30,046 bases of DNA from an uncultured Yersinia sp. (lineage in GTDB: Bacteria; Pseudomonadota; Gammaproteobacteria; Enterobacterales; Enterobacteriaceae), in the NCBI GenBank assembly GCA_964496225.1, contig CAZBYB010000001.1, positions 5,416-35,461 on the forward strand. Direction: 5' to 3'. This document shows positions 8,497-18,527 of the stretch, piece after piece; the first letter of the stretch is position 1; each line of letters starts with the position of its first letter. The notes under the pieces are model-generated. The model made no database searches, was not told the origin of the DNA, and saw only the letters and a list, made by a program, of their open reading frames with translations. Both the position numbers and the translations under genes were made by a program.

Positions 8497-10521
8497 GTGA
8501 TAAGTCAATCCATCAAATTAATAATAATGGCTACTTTGTTGCTGGTGAAGATCAGTGGAGCTAGTAATCACGGTTATCAAATCGAACAATTGCCTCAGCT
8601 CAGTCAGGAGCCACAACACTCAACCATCAGTGAGCGCATTACGTCACGTTTTACCCGTTCACATTACCGGCAGTTTGTACTAGATGAGACGTTTTCAGCT
8701 AAAATACTCGAACGTTATCTTAACATGCTGGATTATAATCATGATCTATTTTTAGCCACAGATTTAGCAACATTTTTAGATAAAAAAGACAGGCTGGGTG
8801 AAGAATTAAAATCCGGGCAACTCACGACAGCATTTCAACTCTTTAATCTGGCACAAAAGCGTCGATTTGAACGTTATCAATATGCTCAATCATTACTGGG
8901 AACCTCAGTAACCTTTAACAGCAATGACACCATCAATATGGATCGTAGCAAAGCACCATGGCCCAACAGCGTAACAGAGTTAAATCAGCTCTGGCGTACT
9001 CGGGTTAAGAGCGATCAACTGAATCTAAAACTGGCCGGTAAAACGGATCGGCAAATAAAAGAAATGCTGACTAAACGATATCAATTTGCCATTAAACGGC
9101 TTATGCAAAGTAAAAGTGAAGATGTTTTTCAGTTAATGATGAATGCCTTTGCCCGTGAGATTGATCCCCATACTAACTATCTGTCGCCACGCAATACTGA
9201 ACAATTTAATGCCGAAATGAATCTGTCTCTGGAAGGAATAGGCGCCGTCTTACAGATGGATGATGATTACACGACAATTAATTCCATAATGGCAGGCAGT
9301 CCTGCTGCAAAAAGCAAAGCTATTAATATAGGAGATCGCATTATTGGTGTAGGCCAACCCGGTCAACCTACCATCGATGTCATTGGCTGGCGCCTGGATG
9401 ATGTTGTTGCGCTCATTAAAGGGCCCAAAGGCAGCAAAGTCCACCTTGAAATTCTACCTGTTGGTAAAAGTACCAAGACGCGTACAGTGGCTTTAACACG
9501 TGAGCATCTTCGTCTGGAAGACCGTGCGGTTAAAATGACGGTAAAAAATATTGGGAAAGAGAAAATTGGCATACTGGATATACCCGGTTTTTACGTTGGT
9601 TTGACCGAAGATGTGAAAATTCAATTACAAAAGCTAACCAGGCAAAATGTAAACAGTATTATCATCGACCTGCGCAGCAATGGTGGAGGAGCATTAACAG
9701 AAGCCGTATCGCTTTCAGGTTTATTTATTCCTATCGGACCCGTGGTTCAGGTACGGGATAATAACGGCAGGGTACGTACAGATAATGATACTGATAGTCA
9801 TATGTATTACCAAGGCCCGCTACTCGTCATGGTGGATCGATACAGTGCTTCAGCTTCAGAAATTTTCGCAGCAGCAATGCAGGATTATGGCCGTGCGCTC
9901 ATTGTTGGGGAACCCACTTTTGGCAAAGGAACAGTACAACAATATCGCCCACTCAGCCGCATCTATGATCAGATGCTGCGCTCGGACTGGCCTGCGTTGG
10001 GCTCAGTGCAATATACCATTCAAAAATTCTATCGGCTTAATGGTGGCAGTACTCAACGTAAAGGAGTTACTCCAGATATTATCATGCCAACGGGCATTAA
10101 CTCTGCGGAGATGGGTGAAAACCGTGAAGATAATGCATTGCCTTGGGACAGCATTGATGCTGCGAACTACACCAAAATAAAAAACCTGAAACCACTATTG
10201 CCTCAATTAATCAAAGCGCATGCTGAACGTATTAGCAATGATCCAGAATTTCATCATATTACCAATGAGATCGCCCGCTATAATGCTTTCAAGCAAAAAA
10301 ATAATATTATTTCCCTAAATTATTACGAACGTGAAAAAGAAAACCATGAATATGACGCGAAGCGTCTTATACTGCTTAATGAACGTTTCAAACGTGAGGG
10401 TAAAAAACCGCTCAAGTCACTCAATGAATTATCTAAAAGTTACCATGAACCTGATCATTATCTTAATGAGTCTGTCCACATCGCGCTGGATTTAGCTCAT
10501 CTAAACCTTAACAACTCTTGA
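8497..10521 (+). CDS. prc: Tail-specific protease Prc (S41)
   Basis: DPHTNYLSP, PDZ (GIGAVL), DLRSNGGG, catalytic SASASE and FGKGTVQ; follows proQ. Confidence 0.97.
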   Translation: MISQSIKLIIMATLLLVKISGASNHGYQIEQLPQLSQEPQHSTISERITSRFTRSHYRQFVLDETFSAKILERYLNMLDYNHDLFLATDLATFLDKKDRLGEELKSGQLTTAFQLFNLAQKRRFERYQYAQSLLGTSVTFNSNDTINMDRSKAPWPNSVTELNQLWRTRVKSDQLNLKLAGKTDRQIKEMLTKRYQFAIKRLMQSKSEDVFQLMMNAFAREIDPHTNYLSPRNTEQFNAEMNLSLEGIGAVLQMDDDYTTINSIMAGSPAAKSKAINIGDRIIGVGQPGQPTIDVIGWRLDDVVALIKGPKGSKVHLEILPVGKSTKTRTVALTREHLRLEDRAVKMTVKNIGKEKIGILDIPGFYVGLTEDVKIQLQKLTRQNVNSIIIDLRSNGGGALTEAVSLSGLFIPIGPVVQVRDNNGRVRTDNDTDSHMYYQGPLLVMVDRYSASASEIFAAAMQDYGRALIVGEPTFGKGTVQQYRPLSRIYDQMLRSDWPALGSVQYTIQKFYRLNGGSTQRKGVTPDIIMPTGINSAEMGENREDNALPWDSIDAANYTKIKNLKPLLPQLIKAHAERISNDPEFHHITNEIARYNAFKQKNNIISLNYYEREKENHEYDAKRLILLNERFKREGKKPLKSLNELSKSYHEPDHYLNESVHIALDLAHLNLNNS

Positions 10522-10602
10522 ATATGAGATTGATGCCTATATATCCGAAGTATTACCTGTCGTTTTAAGTCACTTTAAGGAAACAAAAGGAAACAAATTG
10601 TT

Positions 10603-11484
10603 ATGATGCGTATTATGCTTTTTCTTCTTACTAATCTTGCAGTCATGCTTGTTTTTGGCTTGGTACTTAGCCTGACAGGTATCCAACGCAGCAGTATTTC
10701 TGGACTGATGATTATGGCTGGCCTGTTTGGTTTCGGTGGTGCATTTATCTCATTACTGATGTCAAAATGGATGGCATTGCGTTCTGTCGGGGGTGAGGTC
10801 ATTGAACAGCCCCGTAATGAGACTGAACGCTGGTTAATGAATACCGTGCGTCATCAGGCAGAGCAGGCTGGCATTGCTATGCCTCAGGTGGCTGTTTATC
10901 ATGCGCCCGATATTAATGCGTTCGCAACGGGCGCACGACGCGATGCTTCCCTGGTTGCTGTCAGTACAGGATTATTGCAAAGCATGAGCCATGATGAAGC
11001 AGAAGCCGTGCTCGCTCATGAAATCAGTCATATTGCCAATGGCGATATGGTGACCATGACCCTAATGCAGGGTATTGTTAATACATTTGTTATCTTTATT
11101 TCACGTTTGATTGCTCAGGTTATTGCCGGCTTTATCTCCGGTAATCGTGAAGATGAAGAAAGCAATTCAGGCAATTCAATGACCTATTTAGCAGTATCCA
11201 TGGTCCTTGAGCTGGTATTCGGTATTCTCGCCAGCATCATTACCATGTGGTTTTCACGCCATCGCGAATTTCATGCTGATGCAGGTTCTGCCCGATTGGT
11301 AGGACGTGAAAAAATGATTTCTGCACTGCAGCGCTTGAAAACAAGCTATGAGCCTCAGGAAGCGAGCAGTATGATGGCTTTCTGTATTAATGGTAAATCT
11401 CAGTCGTTTAGTGAATTATTTATGTCCCATCCACCATTAGACCAACGCATTGAAGCGTTACGTTCAGGGCAATACCTCAAATAA
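10603..11484 (+). CDS. htpX: Membrane zinc metalloprotease HtpX
   Basis: NAFATG, HEISH zinc motif, [14 protein letters not shown]; follows prc. Confidence 0.97.
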   Translation: MMRIMLFLLTNLAVMLVFGLVLSLTGIQRSSISGLMIMAGLFGFGGAFISLLMSKWMALRSVGGEVIEQPRNETERWLMNTVRHQAEQAGIAMPQVAVYHAPDINAFATGARRDASLVAVSTGLLQSMSHDEAEAVLAHEISHIANGDMVTMTLMQGIVNTFVIFISRLIAQVIAGFISGNREDEESNSGNSMTYLAVSMVLELVFGILASIITMWFSRHREFHADAGSARLVGREKMISALQRLKTSYEPQEASSMMAFCINGKSQSFSELFMSHPPLDQRIEALRSGQYLK

Positions 11485-11491
11485 CAATAAT

Positions 11492-11534
11492 GCACAGGTT
11501 TTCCCGCCGTTCACAAGAGGCGTGATACCTGTGC
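11492..11534. terminator. Imperfect stem-loop downstream of htpX
   Basis: GCACAGGT...ACCTGTGC outer stem with inner CGCC/GGCG; no clear U-tract. Confidence 0.4.
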
Positions 11535-11795
11535 TACCTGGAATACTGATATTCCCCTGTCATGGCCTATGTTGATGGAATAATGGGTTTTTTATGATCT
11601 TTTTTGGCTGCAATCAGCAATAGCAATATTGCCGACAAAACGTGCACAGTAGAATGAACCGTGGAGATGCAGCGTAAAAGTTTGCTGCCTCGAACGTGTC
11701 AAACCCGGTTCAAGGCGCAGGATAACATTGCGCGCAAACCGATTTGACTTCTCTTACTGTAGCATTTGGTAATCCATGCTAATTAGATTCCAGTA

Positions 11796-13157
11796 TCAGT
11801 CACACTGGACTTTAATGGCAAGGCCACCGCGGGATGTTTCACGGTATTTGGCATTCATATCCTTACCCGTTTCGTACATGGTTTCAATAACCTTATCAAG
11901 AGACACACGAGGTTCACTGGCACGCCTGAGCGCCATACGGGCTGAGTTTATTGCCTTTACCGATGCAATGGCATTACGTTCAATACACGGTACCTGTACC
12001 TGACCCGCTACAGGATCACAGGTCAGACCCAAGTTATGCTCCATACCAATCTCAGCTGCAATACATACTTGCGCCGGACTTGCACTTAACAATTCAGCCA
12101 ATCCAGCAGCGGCCATAGAGCAGGCAACCCCCACTTCTCCCTGACAACCCACTTCTGCCCCTGAAATAGACGCATTCATTTTATACAAAATACCAATGGC
12201 CCCTGAAGTCAGAAAATAGCGGATATAAATCTCAGGTGTGACAGGTTCAATAAAGTGATCATAGTAGGCCAGGACCGCCGGAATAATGCCACATGCACCG
12301 TTAGTCGGTGCTGTAACCACTCGTCCTCCTGCTGCATTTTCTTCATTGACTGCCAAAGCAAACATATTAACCCAATCAATCGCATTCATTGGATCCATAG
12401 ATAATTTATCAGAAGAAACCAGTAATCGACGTAATGCAGACGCCCTGCGGGGCACCCTTAACGGGCCAGGCAATATACCTTCGGTATTTGAACCACGATC
12501 AATACAAGCACGCATAGTCTGCCAGATATCCGAAAAATAAATATCTATCTCTTTTTTACTGTGTAGGGCCAACTCATTTTGCAATACCAGACCAGAGACA
12601 GACATACCCGTTTGATCACAGTGAGCAAGAATATCTCTGGCGGAATGAAAAGGATAAGGAACAGTCACCGTATGTACTGTTTGCTTACCAAAATGTTCGG
12701 CATCAACAATAAAACCGCCACCAATAGAATAGTAAGTTTTACTGTAAACCTGTGTTTCATTAGAAAATGCATGGATTTTCATGCCATTTTCATGTAGCGG
12801 TAAATTATCTTTACAAAAAACGATACCTCCTTCACGGGGAAAATTGACTTCCTGTTGTTTATTGAGCATCAGCCGCTCCCGTTGCTCAACTTCGCGAATA
12901 AAACCAGGAATATGATTGATATCAACGGTATCAGGTTGATACCCTGCCAACCCCATAATAATGGCAATATCCGTATGATGACCCTTTCCAGTCAATGATA
13001 GAGAACCGTAAACTTCAACAGCGACACGCGTGATGGAAGAGAGCAGCGCCTGATTGACCAGATCATCCACAAACTGTTTCCCGGCTTTCATTGGCCCCAC
13101 CGTATGAGAGCTGGATGGACCGATACCAATCTTAAACATGTCGAAAACACTAATCAC
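11796..13157 (-). CDS. sdaA: L-serine ammonia-lyase, Fe-S dependent
   Basis: GIGPSSSHTVGP, SLSLTGKGH, VVTAPTNG, GCQGEVG, GLTCDPV..PCIERN; GTG start with AGGAG RBS; synteny with nudL/pabB favours sdaA over sdaB. Confidence 0.93.
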   Translation of the reverse strand: MISVFDMFKIGIGPSSSHTVGPMKAGKQFVDDLVNQALLSSITRVAVEVYGSLSLTGKGHHTDIAIIMGLAGYQPDTVDINHIPGFIREVEQRERLMLNKQQEVNFPREGGIVFCKDNLPLHENGMKIHAFSNETQVYSKTYYSIGGGFIVDAEHFGKQTVHTVTVPYPFHSARDILAHCDQTGMSVSGLVLQNELALHSKKEIDIYFSDIWQTMRACIDRGSNTEGILPGPLRVPRRASALRRLLVSSDKLSMDPMNAIDWVNMFALAVNEENAAGGRVVTAPTNGACGIIPAVLAYYDHFIEPVTPEIYIRYFLTSGAIGILYKMNASISGAEVGCQGEVGVACSMAAAGLAELLSASPAQVCIAAEIGMEHNLGLTCDPVAGQVQVPCIERNAIASVKAINSARMALRRASEPRVSLDKVIETMYETGKDMNAKYRETSRGGLAIKVQCD

Positions 13158-13422
13158 AATAACTCCTTAAAATAACTTGATGAAACTGAATACTGTGATC
13201 CCTGTCAGCACACCCAGCCAAAACAGCATTACCTTGATTATCAACATTATTCTTATAATATTAAGAGATAAGGATTACAGGTATTTTACAATTTCACCCT
13301 CATAGTTTAGCTGTTAAAAAAAGAAATCGATAGCATTGAATGCCAATGAAAATAAGAAAATATAATACGACATGATTAACAACGTTATTTTTGAGAGAAG
13401 CTGAAATTTTTAAATTTGGATG

Positions 13423-13476
13423 GTGGTGATATCCAGCTACCTGCTGCACAAAAAAGAAATCAGGCTGGATCACCAC
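13423..13476. terminator. Long imperfect inverted repeat just downstream of the metalloprotease gene
   Basis: GTGGTGAT(AT)CCAG..CCTG / CAGGCTGGATCACCAC; begins 15 bp after the stop on the minus strand; no canonical U-tract. Confidence 0.4.
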
Positions 13477-13491
13477 AGCCCGTATGTCCTG

Positions 13492-16188
13492 TTATGTCAC
13501 AGTACTGAATGTTATACAGGGAGTTATGCCACTGCAGGTTCCTGTAACCGGCGATGGAAAATACACATCCGCAGATGAAGAATCCTGAAAACCAGCAATT
13601 GCATCGACAAGAAGTCCCTCAGGCCTCTGCTGTTTCTGCAGGGTAGCAGAAGATGCATCCGGTGAGTCATCGTCCGATTCAGCGATCTCTGGCGGCGCAT
13701 TAATAGCCTGTCGCCTATCGTGAGATTCAGTATTTAACGGCAGATGATCATTTGATGGTACATCGATATCGGTTATTGTAATCCACTTGTCACCCTGCAG
13801 AATATGCCCTACCCATTTCAACCCGGCACTATTGTCAGACTGCAACTGATAGCTACTTCCGTCAGCATACAGAATTTCTACCTGAAGATCAGAAAACGCC
13901 AGTGATTCCATTCCTATTATCAGCACTGTTTTTCCCGTATCAGCATCGTCTTTAAAATGAATCCTCCATGTTCTGTCATTCAGTGCATCTATTGCTATGC
14001 CACGATGGAAACCTGTTGTTCTGTCAGAAGCAGAGAAAAAGCGCAGCACAGATTCCCCCTGTACAAAACCCGTAACAGCATAATCTTCATTCAGCCTGTC
14101 TTGGGCATTGAGTGTGATCTGTGCAGCCCAGGAACCAGGAGCCAGCCAAACTTTTTGCGCTTCACGAAAAAGTTGCTGTGATGTGCCCAATTCAGGATTC
14201 CTGCCATGTATTAACTGGATTGTCAGTTTATCTGTAGATTGATATTCAAAAACTTCGGTACCCTGTGACATCACTGAAAGCCGCATATCGTTAATCAACT
14301 CGTTCCGATGATCCAACCCAAGCGCATGGGCAATTTCATGCCGGATGATCCCCAGTATTGATTGCGTATCCTTACCGAAGGTTGATTCATCGCCAAACCT
14401 GATTCTCCTGTAAGGCAGTTCTCCATTCATAAAAGCAAGCCTGCCTGGCGTAGTATCTCGATCATCATTACGATAGGCAGCGAAATCAAAATCAATGTCC
14501 TCACCCTCTGTGGCTTTGCGAAAACGAATTGCCGCAAAACTCTCGATTTCATCAAGAACGGATCTTATCAGGCTCTTCTGCTCATCTGTCATCGCAATAA
14601 GCTCGAGTGTATGCCTAAAATCATCCCCTTTTTCAGAACGCCCAAATCCATCAACACGGGGGGTATCAACAAAAGCATAAGTATAGACTCTGACCAGACC
14701 ATCCGACTGTGCATAACCTGGCCAGGCATTGGAGATGCCAAATACAAAAGGGCCATTAAAATCATTCACCGCTATCGAGTTCATTTGTCCATAGATAATA
14801 CGGGGAAAAGTGACAAATTGATCGATACTTTCACGTACGTGCATCACCTGGAAGGCAGGAACGGCATCTTTGATCAGTGCAAGCAAGGTATCCTCTTGCG
14901 TTCCACTATTCCCGGATCTCTGCCTGTTTTCCTGGATAATACCCTGCCTGACTAAGGGTTCAACGATTTCCCATGTGATTTTTTTGGGGTTATCCACCCA
15001 TTTTTCCGCCTGGTTCATGGCCTCGTCGGCAATACGCCACCGCATTTCTGGCGTAAAATATTCTGCTTCTTTAGCAAAAATCGCTTCCACCCCGTCGGAG
15101 ATTTCCTGCCGTTTCAACCGGGACTCATACTCAAAATCGCTCGGCATACCCATCTCTGTTGCCAAGCGAAAAAGGCGGCTTCTGATATCCCTGACATCTA
15201 TGTTGCGAATAAGACACTGAGCAATATATGCAGGTTCTTCAGAAGGCGAAAGAGAAAGCTGGCCTTCAAGCAGCCCCTTCAGTTCTGGAATATTAAATAG
15301 GCTTTCTTGATGCCGGTCAGAAGACGCCATGCCATCAGCGTGATTGGCTGGTTCTTCATCACTTAATTCAGGCATACCCAAGAATCGATTCAGGGCACGT
15401 AACACACCAAGTAACCAGGATTTATCATAACTGGATGACCCACTTTGTATTGATGTGGAGCCACTGGCTGGCAGCAACAGAACCGGTATTTTCGATTTCT
15501 GGCTGGATGTTAATAATGTTGTCGACGCTTGTGGTGCAAAAACCGCGCGATCAATGAGGAAATGCGTTTTTTCCGACGGACTGACGTAATTGAAGCCCAA
15601 TCTCAACATCAGTAACACGATGATATCGCTTTCACCGTAACTAAACCAACCGTCGGAAGAATTGTAAGTAAAGCTGTAATTGATACTCTCTGGTAAATTT
15701 TCTCTGGAATAACTGTTTTGACTACTTTGGTTTTCCTGTACAAAAGTACGAATCACTGCCGCTATGGGTGCATTTTCTTTTTCGCTGTTCCAGTACTGCC
15801 CGATACGCTCACGATACTGGCGTTTGCTGTCACCTACCAACGTACCAATAATACGCCCCATTAACTGACTGAGAGGAGGCCACCCTTCTTTCCAATTTTG
15901 TTTCTCAATATCCTGCGAAACAGTATCAATAACGCTCTTAATCTCCTGTGGTTTTTCAGGGTATACTTCCAGCAGTGCTGACTGCAGCCGATCAAAAAAT
16001 GCCTGATGAATACCGCTGTTAAAATAGATTAAACCCTTATTTTCATTGACCCAGTCTATAAAATCCAATATCGCCTTGCCGTTCTTTTCGTTTACATCTG
16101 CACTGCTCATCGGATTGAGCTCAACCGTAGGCAGGTTATTGAGAAAAGGGAGATCTGCTGTTGCCGTCATGAATATCATTACTCTCAC
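13492..16188 (-). CDS. 898-aa putative secreted metzincin (M10-like) metalloprotease with unknown N-terminal region
   Basis: HEIAHALGLDH (HExxHxxGxxH, 14308-14340), Met-turn SVMS (14266-14277), upstream YTYAF..EQKSLIRSVL..IRF pattern as in M10 catalytic domains; C-terminal IIGMESLAFSD and LLVDAIAGF resemble RTX-associated motifs. True start may be ATG 16179 or 16170. Confidence 0.85.
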   Translation of the reverse strand: MRVMIFMTATADLPFLNNLPTVELNPMSSADVNEKNGKAILDFIDWVNENKGLIYFNSGIHQAFFDRLQSALLEVYPEKPQEIKSVIDTVSQDIEKQNWKEGWPPLSQLMGRIIGTLVGDSKRQYRERIGQYWNSEKENAPIAAVIRTFVQENQSSQNSYSRENLPESINYSFTYNSSDGWFSYGESDIIVLLMLRLGFNYVSPSEKTHFLIDRAVFAPQASTTLLTSSQKSKIPVLLLPASGSTSIQSGSSSYDKSWLLGVLRALNRFLGMPELSDEEPANHADGMASSDRHQESLFNIPELKGLLEGQLSLSPSEEPAYIAQCLIRNIDVRDIRSRLFRLATEMGMPSDFEYESRLKRQEISDGVEAIFAKEAEYFTPEMRWRIADEAMNQAEKWVDNPKKITWEIVEPLVRQGIIQENRQRSGNSGTQEDTLLALIKDAVPAFQVMHVRESIDQFVTFPRIIYGQMNSIAVNDFNGPFVFGISNAWPGYAQSDGLVRVYTYAFVDTPRVDGFGRSEKGDDFRHTLELIAMTDEQKSLIRSVLDEIESFAAIRFRKATEGEDIDFDFAAYRNDDRDTTPGRLAFMNGELPYRRIRFGDESTFGKDTQSILGIIRHEIAHALGLDHRNELINDMRLSVMSQGTEVFEYQSTDKLTIQLIHGRNPELGTSQQLFREAQKVWLAPGSWAAQITLNAQDRLNEDYAVTGFVQGESVLRFFSASDRTTGFHRGIAIDALNDRTWRIHFKDDADTGKTVLIIGMESLAFSDLQVEILYADGSSYQLQSDNSAGLKWVGHILQGDKWITITDIDVPSNDHLPLNTESHDRRQAINAPPEIAESDDDSPDASSATLQKQQRPEGLLVDAIAGFQDSSSADVYFPSPVTGTCSGITPCITFSTVT

Positions 16189-16380
16189 GTTAATTATAAG
16201 AAGGAAGAAAAATTCATGCTTTGTAAGATATACGCCATTTTTTATATGATCTTTTAAAAAACGCTCATTTTAATAACTGGGATGTCACTTTTTTCTCTTT
16301 CTTCACGGTTGCCTGCTTGAAGGCCTGTAAACAACTTTGTTAACAGTGCCATACATAAAGTAAGCAACAATAATTATAAC

Positions 16381-16968
16381 TCAGTATAATGAATGACTTA
16401 CCTGATAAGCTAGCTGACGGATGATCGCTGCTGTCAATCCCCAGATCAATTTCCCTCCATACCATGAGAAATAAACGTGACGATATTTGCCTGAATAATA
16501 GCCCTCCAGCGGATAATAATGGGAAAACCGGAGTGCTTCCTGTAACGGTATTTCAAACAAATCATTAACTTCCGTCGGGCTAGCGTAAAAAAAAGTTTCT
16601 GGAGGGATCAGACCAACAACAGCAGTGACTTGATAACCATTGATGCTGTCTAGGGGAGCGAGCTGGCCAAGCACAGTTACCGATAAAGGAGACAGGTTAA
16701 TTTCTTCCTGTGCTTCCCGCAATGCAGTGGCTATCAATGAATCATCTTCCGGATCGGCTACTCCTCCGGGAAAAGCGATGTGCCCTGGATATCTGCGCAA
16801 CGTATCGGCGCGACGCGTGAGTAATAACGTCGGCACCGGCCGACAGATAACAGGGATTAATACTGCGGCCTTGCGCAGGTTACTACAATGCTGTACAAAC
16901 TGTGGCATTTGCAGTTGGAAGCGGCTCACAAATTCAGGCAATGATGAATGCTCAGGCAGTTGACTCAC
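16381..16968 (-). CDS. nudL: Nudix hydrolase NudL (YeaB, CoA pyrophosphatase type)
   Basis: AAVLIP, LLLTRR, IAFPGG..ALREAQEE Nudix box, IWGLTAAI; overlaps the pabB stop. Confidence 0.93.
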   Translation of the reverse strand: MSQLPEHSSLPEFVSRFQLQMPQFVQHCSNLRKAAVLIPVICRPVPTLLLTRRADTLRRYPGHIAFPGGVADPEDDSLIATALREAQEEINLSPLSVTVLGQLAPLDSINGYQVTAVVGLIPPETFFYASPTEVNDLFEIPLQEALRFSHYYPLEGYYSGKYRHVYFSWYGGKLIWGLTAAIIRQLAYQVSHSLY

Positions 16969-18338
16969 AAAAATGCCAGTTCTCCCAATTGCGGCAGGAT
17001 ACGACTTATTTTATCAAAAGTTTCCTGATATTCTGCCTGCTCCTGGCTGTCTGCGACGATCCCTCCCCCTGCCCAACAGTAAATCCTGCCCTGCTCTGTC
17101 AATAAAGTACGAATACTGATGTTAGTATCCATAGTACCGCAACAACTGATATAGCCGATATTTCCGCAATATGCATTACGCCGCTGAGGTTCAAGTTGTT
17201 CAATAATCTGCATCGCGCGTATCTTTGGTGCCCCCGTAATGGAGCCACCAGGAAAACAGGCGCGCAGTAAATCAGCAGCATGGTATTCATCCGCAAGAGT
17301 GGCAGTCACAGTACTGACCAGGTGATAAACTGCAGGAAATTGCTCAACAACAAAGAGTTCAGGCACCTGAACCGTACCTGGCTTAGCCACCCGGCCAATA
17401 TCATTTCGCATCAGATCGACAATCATCAGATTTTCTGAACGATCCTTGGATGAATTTTTCAGTTTAATAACCTGATTTTGATCTTCCCTAGTGTCCTGTT
17501 TTCTGGGTAGCGTCCCCTTGATGGGTCTGGTCTGGATATGCTGATTTTGCAACCAGAGAAATCGCTCGGGAGAAACACTCAGCACGGTGTTCTGTGGCAG
17601 GCGTAAAAAAGCAGAAAAGGGTGCCTGATTACTTTGACTCAGACGTAAAAATGCCTGCCACTCATCTCCTTGGTATTTTGCGCTAAACCGTTGTGCCAGA
17701 TTCACCTGGTAGCAGTCGCCCATGCGTAACCAGTGCTGTATCTGACAAAATTTTTCTCCATATTGCTGACGTGACATATTGCTGTGCCAGGGGCCGGTTA
17801 AGTGAAAAGGTATCGTTGCTGCATTGGAATGTCGCTGCAGCCATTCCAGACGCTGTTGTGGATCCCCATAACACATCAGGGTCAGTTTTTTCAGGTGGTG
17901 ATCGGCAATCAGCGCCCAATCATATAATCCAACGGCCATATCGGGAAGTTCGATATCTTTTTCAGCCAGTAACGGTAGCTGCTCTATACGACGTGCAAGA
18001 TCATAACCGAACAATCCCAGCGCACCGCCCTGAAAAGGGATATCAGGATGCATCATGGCAGTAAAATTCAATGCATCTAGCTGCCGTTGCAGGAGTTGAA
18101 AGGGATCATCCTGCACACGTTGCGATTTCCCAGCATACGCTATTTCAGTGGACTGGCCACGAGTCGTTAAGGTTAGCAGTGGATCAGCAACCAGGATATC
18201 AAACCGATTGTGTGCATGACAGGCAAAACCTGAATGTAACAGCATAGCCCAAGGTTGGACTGAAATAGGTGCAAAATACCGTAAAACGGCATCCGCCTGC
18301 CAGGGTAATGATTTAAAGTCAGGAGATTTGACATTCAT
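16965..18338 (-). CDS. pabB: Aminodeoxychorismate synthase component I
   Basis: SPERFL, TRPIKGT, ENLMIVDLMRND, FPGGSITGAPK, WAGGGIVADS. Confidence 0.96.
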   Translation of the reverse strand: MNVKSPDFKSLPWQADAVLRYFAPISVQPWAMLLHSGFACHAHNRFDILVADPLLTLTTRGQSTEIAYAGKSQRVQDDPFQLLQRQLDALNFTAMMHPDIPFQGGALGLFGYDLARRIEQLPLLAEKDIELPDMAVGLYDWALIADHHLKKLTLMCYGDPQQRLEWLQRHSNAATIPFHLTGPWHSNMSRQQYGEKFCQIQHWLRMGDCYQVNLAQRFSAKYQGDEWQAFLRLSQSNQAPFSAFLRLPQNTVLSVSPERFLWLQNQHIQTRPIKGTLPRKQDTREDQNQVIKLKNSSKDRSENLMIVDLMRNDIGRVAKPGTVQVPELFVVEQFPAVYHLVSTVTATLADEYHAADLLRACFPGGSITGAPKIRAMQIIEQLEPQRRNAYCGNIGYISCCGTMDTNISIRTLLTEQGRIYCWAGGGIVADSQEQAEYQETFDKISRILPQLGELAFL

Positions 18339-18527
18339 TAGAAGATCTCATTAGGCCAGTAAAATGCGTTTTTTATTTGTGGCATCCCTTATTATCGGGA
18401 TTTAGAGTAAACTGATAATCAAAAAGTATTCAAGATTATATTGATCTAAACCAAATTTTATGACCGTATTGTCTTGTCCATCTACCCCATAAAATGCGTC
18501 AGATTGTGTTCTGGCAATAGAGGTGAT

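Noticed and set aside
11535-11795. Possible small gene or pseudogene downstream of sdaA (minus strand MDYQMLQ*EKSNRF..)
   Set aside because: Interrupted by a stop and not similar to any protein I recognise.
17683-18064. Overlapping 78-aa and 123-aa ORFs within pabB, and similar shadow ORFs in ccm, prc, sdaA, the protease, MFS, pgm, seqA, fldA, fur and yejM
   Set aside because: Fully overlap well-supported genes on the opposite strand or in alternative frames and have no recognisable motifs; expected by chance.
18474-18527. Upstream start for the 2-TM protein
   Set aside because: ATG 18528 has a good RBS and directly precedes the first TM helix.
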